The notes below the pieces were generated by a model. That model made no database searches. It saw only the letters and a list, made by a program, of their open reading frames with translations, and was not told the DNA's origin. From NCBI GenBank assembly GCA_976551045.1, contig CDPCPM010000421.1, positions 744,001-808,000 on the forward strand: DNA of 64,000 nt. Reading direction: 5' to 3'. This document shows, in pieces, positions 62,560 through 64,000 of this stretch. The DNA comes from Glaucostegus cemiculus. Taxonomy: Eukaryota. Positions within the stretch are counted from its first letter, which is position 1. Each line of letters opens with the position of its first letter. Both the position numbers and the translations under genes were made by a program.

Positions 62560-63220
62560 GGGAAAGATATGGATAGTTTGCTGAAAATAGTGCAGCTTAT
62601 TGAGGAAACACATTGAATCCTGGGCTTTGTAGAACGAAGAACAAAATATAACAGCAAGGAAATCATGATGAATCATTGTAATTGGATAATTGTGCCAAAT
62701 TCTGACCACCACACGTTAGGAAAGATGTACAGATTTTGGAAGAGGTGCAGAAGAGATTTACCAAAGCGATTTCAGGAATGAGGGACTATTTATGGGGATA
62801 GACTGCAGAAGCTGAGATTGTTTTACTTGGAACAAAAGAGGTTGCAAGGGGCTCTGACAGAGATATGTAAAAACAAAGAAAGGTATCGGTAGAGTTGGTA
62901 GACAACTGTAGCTCTACCCTTTCATTTGGAAAAGAAGTCATAAACAAGTGGACATTGAAAGAAGGTGATTGGCAGGAGAAGGAGTTTCTTTCAATGCAGT
63001 GAATGGTTAGGGTCTGGAATGCACTGCCGGGAGCAGCAGGGGAAGTAGATTCAATTGTAGTGTTCAAAGTGAGCTGGATATGTATCCAGGAGAAGAATCT
63101 GCAGGGCTACTGGGAGAGGGCAGGGGAGTGGGACTATTTGGATTCCTCTTATATTGAGTCAGTACAGACTTGACAGGCTGAATGGCCTCCTTCTGTGCCA
63201 TAGCCATTCTGTGATTCTGT
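62560..63220 (+). mobile_element. CR1-like LINE 3' fragment
   Basis: AGGAAAGATGT...GGTGCAGAAGAGATTTACCA...GTCTGGAATGCACTGCC...GGCTGAATGGCCTCCTTCTGTGC with an ATTCTGTGATTCTGT tail. Confidence 0.78.
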
Positions 63221-64000
63221 AATCAAAAAGAGGAAGGATGTGCAAGAGGCTAGATGTGAAAGGGTGTTGATTTTGAGGATGAGGTGGTGGAGGAGGTTAC
63301 TGAGATAGGAAGGCCTGAAACTTGTGAGATTCAAATCTGAAGATGAAATTTTTAAATTAGAGGTCTTGGGGGACTGGGATCCAATGTATGCTATTGAACA
63401 TTGAGATAATGGGTTAGCAGAATTAGTGTGAGATAGGATACAAACTCTAGTTCACGAGAATTGGCCAGGAGATCACTTTTTTCTGAAAATACAGAAAATA
63501 AAGTTAAGGGTTTCAGTATAAGATGGAGTGTGAAAGGTGTGGGAAAAGATTGAAGCTGGTTATCGCTATGATGGTGAGGAATGGAATTAAGAAGATTATT
63601 TTGGTATATAAAGCTGGAGAAATTAAGCCCCTTGATTTACCTGGCAGACAACAACTTGGAATTGGTGACAGAAGTACAAATTTGAGTTGGGGACAAAGAT
63701 AATGGTTTTGGTCTTCCTAATGTTTCACTTTAAGAAATTGCCTCTGAACAAGACTGGATGCTAACTGGGCAGTCTGACATGACACAGGGAGTTGAAAAGT
63801 TAAGAAAGGGAGAGCGTTATTGTACCTGTGGAAGCTCATTCCATCATGGGGCCAAGAAGTGGCATGAAGTGGCATGAGGAGGTGGCCAACATGGTTTCCT
63901 CACAGAATTGCAGAGGAACAGTTGGAAGACGTAATTGCAGAAAATGCCGTAAATACAGATCAATTCAGAAGAGTAGAAATGGGTAAGTGTAATCACACTT
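63221..64000 (-). mobile_element. Old L2-like LINE fragment (probably continuous with 62300-62560)
   Basis: Purine-rich decayed sequence resembling reverse-strand L2 ORF2. Confidence 0.4.

Overview
Vertebrate genomic window, most likely a cartilaginous fish (shark/ray), judging by V-SINE/HE1-like, Deu-SINE-like, CR1, Rex1 and Penelope-like repeats. It holds one clear protein-coding gene: ONECUT1 (HNF6) on the minus strand, with two coding exons (37573-36466 and 28656-28364, 466 aa, CUT domain plus the atypical F48/M50 homeodomain). The gene sits in a ~30 kb domain (about 22.2-52.7 kb) that retains CpGs and has no recognisable transposons, flanked by repeat-dense, CpG-poor DNA. The strongest unannotated signal is a ~4.8 kb stretch downstream of the stop codon with ten miR-9 7mer-m8/8mer seed matches, four let-7 sites and three staggered AATAAA signals. 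Together with six upstream AUGs just before the start codon, this suggests layered post-transcriptional control. Other points are an 18-Gly tract before the CUT domain, ONECUT2-like segments in the N-terminus, a 5S rRNA-derived relic, short near-perfect hairpins and Penelope-like fold-back elements. I see no evidence of a wholly new multi-gene system. Repeat boundaries are approximate, and family names come from recalled consensus features, not a database search.
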